In this document: piece after piece, positions 8,308 through 16,634 of the stretch
How the letters are laid out: each line of letters opens with the position of its first letter
How positions within the stretch are numbered: position 1 is the stretch's first letter
DNA from: Promethearchaeota archaeon
GTDB taxonomy: Archaea > Asgardarchaeota > Hermodarchaeia > Hermodarchaeales > Hermodarchaeaceae
DNA length: 32,000 nucleotides
Assembly (NCBI GenBank): GCA_048938295.1
Contig: JBHLMI010000016.1
Coordinates: 22,973-54,972 of the forward strand
Direction: 5' to 3'
Program-made: the position numbers and the translations under genes
Notes under the pieces: model-generated
The model's database searches: none
What the model was told of the DNA's origin: nothing
Seen by the model: only the letters and a program-made list of their open reading frames with translations

Positions 8308-8730
8308 CTAATCAATAGTTCTACCAGACTCCGAAAGCGGATGCCCATAACATTCAAGTTTGAAGGCTTTGTACCAGCCGAATGGGCTTTGATGCACCAC
8401 GAAACCTTGTTCTTGTAAGGTCTTTAGCAGGGCTTGCAATAGCTTAACAGCGAACTTAGGTTTGGCAAGTTTTCGGGGAAAGATATGAGCGTGTGGATAC
8501 AAGATAATCCTCTTCACCTTGACTCGTTGAGCCACTAACTGAATTTCTTCTGTTGCTTTTCGCACAATTTCGGATAATTGTTCTTCGTCGGTGGCTTCCA
8601 CAGCGCAAAAGACAATTAAGCAGTTTTCGAATTCTTGCCATACATCCTCCTCCGCTTCATCACGAACACTGATCTTTACCGGTTCAGTTGGTTTGTAGGC
8701 TAGATTTCCGTGAAAAATTAACAAACGCAA
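8308..8730 (-). CDS. Free-standing archaeal ThrRS-type editing domain (DTD-like fold), 140 aa
   Basis: MRLLIFHG..., YPHAHIFPRKLAKP and SPFGWYKAFKLECYGHPLSESGRTI closely resemble the N-terminal editing domain of archaeal threonyl-tRNA synthetases. TTG start is preceded by GGTGA. Confidence 0.75.
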   Translation of the reverse strand: MRLLIFHGNLAYKPTEPVKISVRDEAEEDVWQEFENCLIVFCAVEATDEEQLSEIVRKATEEIQLVAQRVKVKRIILYPHAHIFPRKLAKPKFAVKLLQALLKTLQEQGFVVHQSPFGWYKAFKLECYGHPLSESGRTID

Positions 8731-8747
8731 CGCATTTCACCATACTC

Positions 8748-10127
8748 TTACTTTACTTTCAGATCTTCGAGAGCATCAGATACGATTTGGAGTCCTTGGT
8801 TGACTAATGTCTTTACTCGGGTTTCAGTTTTTGCTTCTGCAAAGACACGAAAGATAGGTTCTGTTCCAGAGGGGCGGAGAAGAACCCAACCATCGGTGTA
8901 TCGAAATTTGATTCCATCGATGGTGCTGCACTCCGCTTCTGAGGGGGCATATCCTTTGATGAGCTCAAGGAGGTCCTCTTTCTCCTGATGACTGCAGTGA
9001 ACGCTCTCTTTAACTTGATGATAAGTGGGAAATTGGCGATCTAGCTCTTCCAGAGATTTGTCTTCTAGCTCCATTAGTTCGAGAATCTTTAGTGCGGTAA
9101 GCATCCCCTCTCGGGCCCAAGACCAGCCGCGATAAATAACTCCCCCATTTTCTTCACCCCCAATCACCGCATTTTTTGCTTTCATTGCCTGGACTATAAA
9201 TGGTTCACCGACCCGCGTTTCGACTATCTCTGCATCAACGAGGCGAGCAACTTCGTGGATGATATCGCTGGTCGCAACTTGTGTTACGATACGCTTTGGC
9301 TTCTCCTGTAGGTCTCGAAGCGAATGATATGCTGCTAGTGCGAAGACGCGATCACCCATAAGGTATCGACCTTGATCTGTGATGAAGATGATTCGGTCGG
9401 CATCACCATCCCAGGCAATCCCCACATCGAGTTCATTCTTTTTAACGGTCTGAATTAATTCTTGGAGATTCGCTTCTTTTGGCTCTGGTAGCCGGTTAGA
9501 AAAAAGACCATCAGGCTCGCAGTAAAGAAGCTTGGTCCGCACCTCTATCGCATTCAACAGGGCAGGAACAACCATCGCCGCTGCGCCTCCACCACAATCA
9601 GCAGCAACATGGAACTGCCGTTTAATCAGACGTTGTCCATCAACCTGCTCGAGCAAGGCTTCGATATACTGCAACCTGAAATCCTCAGAGGGGACGAGAC
9701 GGCCGCAAGCCTGCCATTCACGTAAGGATCTGTCTTCAGCAAAATAGTAGTCTTCAACTGCATGTCCCATTTCTACCGTAAAGGATGCGCCATCTGGGCC
9801 CCATAATTTAATGCCATTGTATTCTGGTGGGTTATGACTTGCTGTAATCATTACCCCCCCATCCAATTTGAGTCGTGGAATGGCATAAGCTAACAGTGGT
9901 GTGGGAACCAGACCAAGAATATGAACATTACAACCTCCCCCCATCAAGCCAGCACTAAAAGCAAATCCAAGCATTTCACTGGATTGTCGCGAATCCCAAC
10001 CTAGACCGATGGTCTTCTGTCCTTCAAGATAATCTGCTAGTGCATGGCCCACATCATGTGCAACTGTTGCCGTGAGTTCTTTATTGACGATGCCACGGAA
10101 TCCTTGGGTCCCAAACAATCGGGTCAA
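8748..10127 (-). CDS. glmM: Phosphohexomutase paralogue 1 (phosphoglucosamine mutase / PGM-PMM family)
   Basis: TASHNPPEYNGIKL (catalytic Ser loop), DGDADR (metal loop), GGEENGG (sugar loop), RPSGTEP (phosphate loop). TTG start is preceded by GAGGAG. Confidence 0.8.
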   Translation of the reverse strand: MTRLFGTQGFRGIVNKELTATVAHDVGHALADYLEGQKTIGLGWDSRQSSEMLGFAFSAGLMGGGCNVHILGLVPTPLLAYAIPRLKLDGGVMITASHNPPEYNGIKLWGPDGASFTVEMGHAVEDYYFAEDRSLREWQACGRLVPSEDFRLQYIEALLEQVDGQRLIKRQFHVAADCGGGAAAMVVPALLNAIEVRTKLLYCEPDGLFSNRLPEPKEANLQELIQTVKKNELDVGIAWDGDADRIIFITDQGRYLMGDRVFALAAYHSLRDLQEKPKRIVTQVATSDIIHEVARLVDAEIVETRVGEPFIVQAMKAKNAVIGGEENGGVIYRGWSWAREGMLTALKILELMELEDKSLEELDRQFPTYHQVKESVHCSHQEKEDLLELIKGYAPSEAECSTIDGIKFRYTDGWVLLRPSGTEPIFRVFAEAKTETRVKTLVNQGLQIVSDALEDLKVK

Positions 10128-10205
10128 CGGAGTCTCCTCTTGTAATCATCAACCCTACCTGCAAAGGTATTAATCTGTGGGCTAGCTCAGTTCCGCTATA
10201 TCCAA

Positions 10206-10916
10206 CTAAAACATATTCGGGGAAATGTTTTGGCGGGATACAAGTGATCGCGTCTCTTCAATGTGAGTTCCGATTTCTTTGCGGATCACTTCGATACGAT
10301 CCGCCTCAAGATAAGGCTCCATGGTCCATAGGAGCAATCCAGTATAGAGTTCCTTTGGATCTATGAGTTCCTCAATATTCCGGATTGTTTTCAATCGAAA
10401 CAGGTACTCGTCCTCGTACATGCAGACTATTTCACAAAGCTTCCGGCTAAGGGCATCGACGTTTTCAACCAATTGATGAATCCGTGGTTCATTGCTTCCC
10501 TCAGAGCTGAGCAGATTGCCTCCACGGCGTTGCAACTCAGAGACCCGTTTTTCCATTAACCGCATTTTTCTGATCGAGCTTTCAAAATCAGATGCTAGGG
10601 CTAACAACTTGGGGAGCACCTTATCGAGGAGTCCCATGTTTTTGGTGATAGCTCGATCGATGATACCCTCAAAAGAAGTGAGTTTTCCAAGATCCTCGAT
10701 ATTACGAAGGTAATTGATTTTGGATAATGAGCCAAGGATGACTCGAATGGGTCGAAGTGAACTGCGGTGTGCTGATTCCCACCGATTCATGGCGTCGTCC
10801 AGACCTCCCGTGACTTCCCGCATTGAGCGCCCGAACTCACGGATGACCGCAGCAAGATGGTCTTCATCCATTGATTGAGAATTCCCTAAGGAATCTGCAG
10901 ACTTAACGACCCGCAT
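10206..10916 (-). CDS. Hypothetical, predicted all-helical cytoplasmic protein
   Basis: Long ORF with no motif I recognise. The ATG at 10916 is preceded by AAGGTGG at 5-nt spacing, which is why it is preferred over the GTG at 10925. Confidence 0.5.
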   Translation of the reverse strand: MRVVKSADSLGNSQSMDEDHLAAVIREFGRSMREVTGGLDDAMNRWESAHRSSLRPIRVILGSLSKINYLRNIEDLGKLTSFEGIIDRAITKNMGLLDKVLPKLLALASDFESSIRKMRLMEKRVSELQRRGGNLLSSEGSNEPRIHQLVENVDALSRKLCEIVCMYEDEYLFRLKTIRNIEELIDPKELYTGLLLWTMEPYLEADRIEVIRKEIGTHIEETRSLVSRQNISPNMF

Positions 10917-10983
10917 CCTAACCACCTTAGAGTAGTCGGCGAATTTAACTTCTTTGCTTTGTGCATTGTAGAAAAAACCACGC

Positions 10984-10991
10984 TATAAAAA
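10984..10991 (-). promoter_or_regulatory. Candidate TATA box (minus-strand TTTTTATA) for the 10206-10916 gene
   Basis: A/T-rich box in the 123-bp divergent intergenic region. It sits back-to-back with a second box at 10996-11003. Confidence 0.3.
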
Positions 10992-10995
10992 GGGC

Positions 10996-11003
10996 TTTTT
11001 AAG
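10996..11003 (+). promoter_or_regulatory. Candidate TATA box (TTTTTAAG) for the 11049-13859 mutase operon
   Basis: It lies about 50 nt upstream of the ATG at 11049. GAGGT lies 8 nt before the ATG. Confidence 0.3.
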
Positions 11004-11048
11004 CATAGCGATATGATGTAAGACGCAGCTCTTGAATGAGGTTTCGAC

Positions 11049-12428
11049 ATGACATGGACGCCCTGCTTCGGCACTAGCGGTATTCGTGGCTCTGTCCCCG
11101 ATGAACTCAATCCTAGGGTTGCTTGGCAAATTGGCTATAGCGTTGCCACGGTTTTCAACCGGGCACCTCTGTTGGTCTGCCATGATAACCGTACAAGCAG
11201 CCCATTGCTGACAAATGCCATCGTTAGTGGATTAATGGCAGGAGGATCTGACGCTCTTTATGGAGGTGAAGTCATCACACCAGCTGTGAGCCTGTATCTC
11301 CGCTACTGTGATTTGGCGGGGGCAATACTAATCACCGGGAGTCATATTCCCGCTCATATGTCTGGGATTGAAGTACTCAGCCATGATGGCGCGCCAGTCG
11401 CACATGATGTTGAATTGCAGATCGAAGCGCTCAATGTGTCGAAAGCCACACCTGTGAATTGGCGAAACCATGGACGGCTTCGACAAGTAACCGATGTAGG
11501 CTCCTTTTGGATTAAAAAGGTCGTAGCACAAGTGGATGCAGATCTCATTGCCAGACGAAAATTTCGCGTTGTTGTCGATGCTGCAAATGGAACAGCCATC
11601 CCCTGGCTGCTAGATGCCATCAAACAACTGGGTTGTACTGTCATTGGGCTTAACACCGAACGGGATCCCATGTTTCCCGGTCGGTCCCCGAATTTACGGG
11701 TTAACTTATTGGAACAAGCGGTTCAGTTGGTGAAACAACATAAGGCGGATTTGGGTGTCGCCGTTGATGGTGATGCTGACCGTGCATTTTTCGTCGACGA
11801 TAAAGGACGGGCAATCATGGGGGATGTTTCTGGCACACTACTGGCTCAAATCGAATTGACCCGTGAAGGGGGAGGCACCATCGTCACACCCATCAATTCT
11901 AGTAACCTCGTTGAAGATGTCGTTGGACAATTCAAAGCTCGCATCGTATATAGCCGCATAGGACCACCAGCGATAGTGGCGGCCATCAAGAAGTATAACG
12001 CACTATTTGCTTTTGAGGAATCTGGTAAAATCATCTACCCCCACCTCAACTACCTTTCAGATAGTGGTCTTGGCACTGCCTATCTGTTGGAGCATTTAGC
12101 AAAAACCGAAAAGCCACTAAGTGAGATTATTGATACATTCCCCAAGTATACCCAATTGAAACGCGCAATTGATTGCCCGAATGGTCTCAAAGAAGCTGTT
12201 AGCTTGCATGCACTTGAAATGGTGAGAAAAGATTATCCCAATGTGCAAGTCAATACCGTAGATGGAGTCAAAGTCATTTTCGATGATGGCTGGTTGCTGC
12301 TTCGTCCCTCCGGTACAGAACCAGTCTTTCGCTGCTTTGCAGAATCCCGTCAGGAAAAACGAGCTCAGGAACTCCTTGCACTCGGGCTCGATTGGATTGG
12401 AGATGTACTCAAATCTGCTGCTTCATAA
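11049..12428 (+). CDS. Phosphohexomutase paralogue 2, divergent catalytic loop
   Basis: DGDADR and RPSGTEP loops are present. The catalytic Ser loop reads ITGSHIPAHMSGIEV instead of TASHNPxxxNG. The sugar loop reads FEESGK. Confidence 0.75.
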   Translation: MTWTPCFGTSGIRGSVPDELNPRVAWQIGYSVATVFNRAPLLVCHDNRTSSPLLTNAIVSGLMAGGSDALYGGEVITPAVSLYLRYCDLAGAILITGSHIPAHMSGIEVLSHDGAPVAHDVELQIEALNVSKATPVNWRNHGRLRQVTDVGSFWIKKVVAQVDADLIARRKFRVVVDAANGTAIPWLLDAIKQLGCTVIGLNTERDPMFPGRSPNLRVNLLEQAVQLVKQHKADLGVAVDGDADRAFFVDDKGRAIMGDVSGTLLAQIELTREGGGTIVTPINSSNLVEDVVGQFKARIVYSRIGPPAIVAAIKKYNALFAFEESGKIIYPHLNYLSDSGLGTAYLLEHLAKTEKPLSEIIDTFPKYTQLKRAIDCPNGLKEAVSLHALEMVRKDYPNVQVNTVDGVKVIFDDGWLLLRPSGTEPVFRCFAESRQEKRAQELLALGLDWIGDVLKSAAS

Positions 12429-12455
12429 TATAGCGACATTAAATGGAGAAATATC

Positions 12456-13859
12456 ATGTCTTCAACACAATCCTTGTTTGGAAGCTCAGGTATCCGGGGA
12501 AAAGTCAATGAGTTCATCACCGGTCCATTGGCTATCCAAATTGGTCTAGCTACCGCAGACTATCTACGAGCTTTAGAGAAGCATCCACAGATTATGGTGG
12601 GGCATGATCATCGGACTACTGGTCCGATGCTGACTTCGGCGTTAATGGCAGGCCTTCTTGAGGGGGGAGTTACAGTTACAAAAACCGAGATGGCACCCAC
12701 ACCCTCCATTGCCTATGCGGCGGGAAAAAAGGGCATGCACGCATCGATAATTGTGACCGCGAGTCACAACCCTCCCGAATACAATGGTTTCAAATTTCAC
12801 AATCCCGATGGGGCTGGCTTCTCAGCGACCCAACAGGATGAACTCGAAAAGCGGATTACGAAAGTTGAACCCGTAGATTGGACGCATTTCACTGATTTTA
12901 CTTCGGTTGAAGTCATCCCACATCACCTCGATGCTATAGTGAATGCCTGCGATGTGAATAGGTCATACAATGTTGTTATAGACGGCGCACTCGGCGTCGG
13001 AAGCCTGGTCACCCCCCCAGCACTTCAACAACTACACGCAAGCGTCAAACCCCTTAATGCTCCCCCCGATGGGCAGGAATATGCACACCATTGCCACCCA
13101 TCAAAGATACAAAGTGCCGCAGCAGCGGAATGGCAGCATTTTGTACATCTTGATAATCTCAGCGAAATCGTCACCTCAACTAAAGCACACGTCGGAATCG
13201 CCCATGATGGCGATGCAGACCGCGTTTTAGCAGTCGATGATAAAGGACGAGTTCTAGCAGGGGATATCCTCTTGGCATTAGTGGCAGACTACTACCTCGC
13301 TACCCGGGGAGGTAAGGTCATTGCCACTACCGTGTCAAGCTCGAGCATCGTCGATCATGTTGCAAAGCATCATGGTGCACGGGTTGAGCGGTCCCGTGTT
13401 GGTGATGTGTTTGTTTCCAATCTAGTCAAAGAACATCAAGCCGTGATGGGTGCCGAACCCTCTGGGCCTTTCATCTTCCCAGAGGTACATTATTGTCCTG
13501 ATGGACCACTTGCTGCATGTAAGATACTTGAACTCCTCGAATGGGCAAACCGGTCCCTAAGTCAGCTCGTCGATGATCTACCATCAACCCATTTACTCAG
13601 AGCATCTGTAACTTGTCCCAACGAGAAAAAAGACACTGTGATGAAAGCAATCAAATCAGTATTCGAAGAACGGATGGACATCGAAGACGTGAACCAAATT
13701 GATGGTATTCGTGCCAGTTTCCATGACTCCAGCTGGGTGCTCATCAGACCATCCGGTACAGAACCCGTCATCCGTGTCACAGTTGAAGCATTTTCAGCAC
13801 AAAGGGCAAAGGACCTTCTCAAAGCTGCCCAACAGACGCTAAAACGGCAAATCAGGTAA
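12456..13859 (+). CDS. Phosphohexomutase paralogue 3
   Basis: TASHNPPEYNGFKF, HDGDADR, GAEPSGP, RPSGTEP. There is a 27-nt spacer after paralogue 2, with GGAG upstream of the ATG. Confidence 0.8.
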   Translation: MSSTQSLFGSSGIRGKVNEFITGPLAIQIGLATADYLRALEKHPQIMVGHDHRTTGPMLTSALMAGLLEGGVTVTKTEMAPTPSIAYAAGKKGMHASIIVTASHNPPEYNGFKFHNPDGAGFSATQQDELEKRITKVEPVDWTHFTDFTSVEVIPHHLDAIVNACDVNRSYNVVIDGALGVGSLVTPPALQQLHASVKPLNAPPDGQEYAHHCHPSKIQSAAAAEWQHFVHLDNLSEIVTSTKAHVGIAHDGDADRVLAVDDKGRVLAGDILLALVADYYLATRGGKVIATTVSSSSIVDHVAKHHGARVERSRVGDVFVSNLVKEHQAVMGAEPSGPFIFPEVHYCPDGPLAACKILELLEWANRSLSQLVDDLPSTHLLRASVTCPNEKKDTVMKAIKSVFEERMDIEDVNQIDGIRASFHDSSWVLIRPSGTEPVIRVTVEAFSAQRAKDLLKAAQQTLKRQIR

Positions 13860-13864
13860 GGAGT

Positions 13865-15148
13865 CTAGTGTCGATCTTCTATTGTCGTTTGCTTGAGCTT
13901 AACATGCACATTGTCAGGTACATCCTTTTGGACAACAATCGAGGGATCAATCCATGAGTTATACCCAATAGTTCGACCTGGTAACACAACTGCTCCACAG
14001 CCGATTTTCGAAGCGTCCCCGATGACAGCGCCAAATTTGTCTGTATGTGTAGACACTAATTGCCCTCCTAGCATTACCTGAACCTCTGAACCATCAAATC
14101 GGTAGTTAGCCAACACGACACTCGCCCCGATCTCTACATCAAAACCAAGGATACTATCACCAACAAAGGCGAGATGACCAATTCTACTTCCAGGTAACAT
14201 CACGGTATTACGAACTTCACAGGAAAAGCCGGCTCGTGCTCCTTGATCGATCACAACGTGATCACGAATTAAGCAATTGTTGCCCACAATGGCATTGGGA
14301 CCGATATAAACGGGTCCCACTAAGGCTGCCCCAGGAAACACTCGGGCGTGCGACCCTATCCACACATCTCCACTGAGATGTGCAGAATCACTAACTGTTG
14401 CGGTTGGATGAATGGAATCGCCTTTCTGTTGACGTAATCGGTCGAAGAGGATGGGAGACGCCTCGAGGATATTCCAACTGCGTCCAACGTCAACCCAGGA
14501 ATCCTTTGAATGGCTCCCGTGGACAGTATGCCCTTCGTCGATGAGTTTCTGAATCCCCCCTTCCAAATCCTGAGTCTTTCGAAGCATGTCAAAGATTGCA
14601 TTGGTGAAAACGTAGACTCCTGCTACGGCAAGATTACTTGGCTCCGTTCCCTTCTTTGGTTTCTCAACAATAGTTGTGATCTCAGTCCCTTCCAAAGCCA
14701 CAACCCCAAACTGCCAAGGGTTCGGCACCTCAAACAATGATAAAGCCATATCGCTAGATTTGGCAGCTTCTACTGTCGCCTTGAAGCGTCTCGTTGTAGT
14801 GATGATGTCACAATCAGTCATTAGGAAACGGTCCTCGTCCGCTAGGCGATCTTCGGCGGCTAGGACTGCGTCGTATTCTCCTTTCGGTTCAGTCTGCTTT
14901 GAGTAGCTGATAGTAACTCCGAAGTCTTCCCCTTCACCAAAATACGCTTCAATTTGCTCACAGAAGTGACCTACAACTAGCACAATGTCTTTCATACCCG
15001 CTTCGCGGACTGTATCAATCACATGGTGCAGCATCGGTTTGCCAAGAAGCGGTATCATGGCCTTTGGTCGATGCTGAGTCAAAGGATGTAATCTTGTGCC
15101 ATACCCAGCCGCGAGAATTAGTGCCTTCAATCTTATTCCCACTTCCAT
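13865..15148 (-). CDS. Bifunctional sugar-1-phosphate nucleotidylyltransferase / left-handed beta-helix acetyltransferase (archaeal GlmU-like)
   Basis: N-terminal LILAAGYGTRLHPLTQHRPKAMIP motif. The C-terminal third has hexapeptide-repeat character (IGPNAIVGNNCLI...IGHLAFVGDSILG...IGASVVL). The ATG at 15148 overlaps cysS by 16 nt. An alternative TTG at 15130 would give MKALILAAG. Confidence 0.8.
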   Translation of the reverse strand: MEVGIRLKALILAAGYGTRLHPLTQHRPKAMIPLLGKPMLHHVIDTVREAGMKDIVLVVGHFCEQIEAYFGEGEDFGVTISYSKQTEPKGEYDAVLAAEDRLADEDRFLMTDCDIITTTRRFKATVEAAKSSDMALSLFEVPNPWQFGVVALEGTEITTIVEKPKKGTEPSNLAVAGVYVFTNAIFDMLRKTQDLEGGIQKLIDEGHTVHGSHSKDSWVDVGRSWNILEASPILFDRLRQQKGDSIHPTATVSDSAHLSGDVWIGSHARVFPGAALVGPVYIGPNAIVGNNCLIRDHVVIDQGARAGFSCEVRNTVMLPGSRIGHLAFVGDSILGFDVEIGASVVLANYRFDGSEVQVMLGGQLVSTHTDKFGAVIGDASKIGCGAVVLPGRTIGYNSWIDPSIVVQKDVPDNVHVKLKQTTIEDRH

Positions 15149-16599
15149 ACGGTTCCGGTCTTTTCGTCTTCTAAGATAATACCCAAGTCCTTGAGTTGAT
15201 TACGGACCTGGTCCGCTGTTTTGAAATCTTTTTGTTTGCGAGCTTGATCCCGAATTTGAATTAGCAGCCTCACTAATCCGTCAACCATTCGGTCATCGTC
15301 TGCACTTGACCGCATCCGTTCACGGTATAGCCCTAACACCTCACCAACAGCATCAAGACTTGTGAAGATTTTTTCTAACGTCCCTGCAGTCACCGATTGA
15401 TTCCCTGCTACCATACTATTCATTGTAGTCAGGAATTTATTCAGGCTAGCGAGGGTTTCAGGGGTATTGAAATCATCATCCATAGCTGAATCAAATTCAT
15501 GCTCGAAAGTGGATAGCGCGTCCCACAGCTTGGTATCTGCCTCCGATGGCTTCCTCGGATTCTTTGTTTCCTCCATCCGGGCTTCGCGAAGCCGGTGCTG
15601 AAGAAGATCGATTGAGTTGTGAATTCGTGCCAACCGAGCCTTTGCTTCCTCAAGCTGAGCATCACTGAAATCAACTGGGCTTCGATAATGTGATGAAATG
15701 AGGAATAAGCGAACGATCTCTGGATCATATTTCGCCGTAATTTCTTGGATGGTGAAAAAGTTCCCCAACGATTTGGACATCTTCTCGCGATTCACCGTTA
15801 AGAAACCATTATGCATCCAATACCGAACGAAGGGTTGACCCGCTAAGGCCTCAGATTGAGCAATCTCATTTTCATGATGGGGGAATACCAAATCAAGGCC
15901 ACCCCCATGAATATCAATGGGGTAGCCTAGATACTTAGTCGACATGACCGAACATTCAATATGCCAGCCTGGGCGACCTTTTCCCCACGGAGAGTCCCAA
16001 CTCGGTTCACCTGGCTTCATAGCTTTCCATAACGCAAAGTCCTCTGGATGCTCTTTCTCTTCGATCACTCCGGCATCCTGATCTTCCTGCTCAAATGGCG
16101 TCTCCTCCCCCTTGTCCCGACGTGATAGGCGACCGTATTGTTTGAACTTTGATACCCGGAAATACACGCTACCATTTGCCTCGTAGGCAACCCCTTTCGC
16201 GATTAATTTGTTGATGTGTTCAATCATCTCTTGGATGTGCTCGGTAGCCTTCGGATAAGCGGTGGCACGTTTCACAAACAGCTTATCAAAATCCTCAAAA
16301 TACTCGTGGATATACTTCGCTGCTAACTTGGCCGTGGTCGTGTTCTGCTCTTGTGCACGATTTATCATCTTATCATCGATATCCGTGAAGTTTTGGATAA
16401 AGCGCATATCATAGCCCTTATACTCCAGATAACGTCGAATTACATCAAAGGCCACAATTGATCGCGCATGGCCCAAATGTGCTGAATCATACACCGTGGG
16501 TCCACAGACATACATGCGAATCTCGCCCTCATGTAGAGGTTTGAAGGGCTCTTTCTTCCGTGAGAGCGTATTGTATACCTGTAACATAGCGTCTCCCAT
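15133..16599 (-). CDS. cysS: Cysteinyl-tRNA synthetase
   Basis: Class I signatures HLGHARS and KMSKSLGN. Zn/Cys-binding context CGPTVYD. Start is ATG at 16599 or at 16587. Confidence 0.92.
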   Translation of the reverse strand: MGDAMLQVYNTLSRKKEPFKPLHEGEIRMYVCGPTVYDSAHLGHARSIVAFDVIRRYLEYKGYDMRFIQNFTDIDDKMINRAQEQNTTTAKLAAKYIHEYFEDFDKLFVKRATAYPKATEHIQEMIEHINKLIAKGVAYEANGSVYFRVSKFKQYGRLSRRDKGEETPFEQEDQDAGVIEEKEHPEDFALWKAMKPGEPSWDSPWGKGRPGWHIECSVMSTKYLGYPIDIHGGGLDLVFPHHENEIAQSEALAGQPFVRYWMHNGFLTVNREKMSKSLGNFFTIQEITAKYDPEIVRLFLISSHYRSPVDFSDAQLEEAKARLARIHNSIDLLQHRLREARMEETKNPRKPSEADTKLWDALSTFEHEFDSAMDDDFNTPETLASLNKFLTTMNSMVAGNQSVTAGTLEKIFTSLDAVGEVLGLYRERMRSSADDDRMVDGLVRLLIQIRDQARKQKDFKTADQVRNQLKDLGIILEDEKTGTVWKWE

Positions 16600-16620
16600 C
16601 TGAATCAGCAGTGCACCCGG

Positions 16621-16627
16621 TATAAAA
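16621..16627 (-). promoter_or_regulatory. Candidate TATA box for cysS (minus strand AAAGTATTTTATACCGG)
   Basis: It is centred about 25 nt upstream of the ATG at 16599, which would give a leaderless or near-leaderless cysS mRNA. It lies 8 nt beyond the cofD stop codon. Confidence 0.45.
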
Positions 16628-16634
16628 TACTTTA

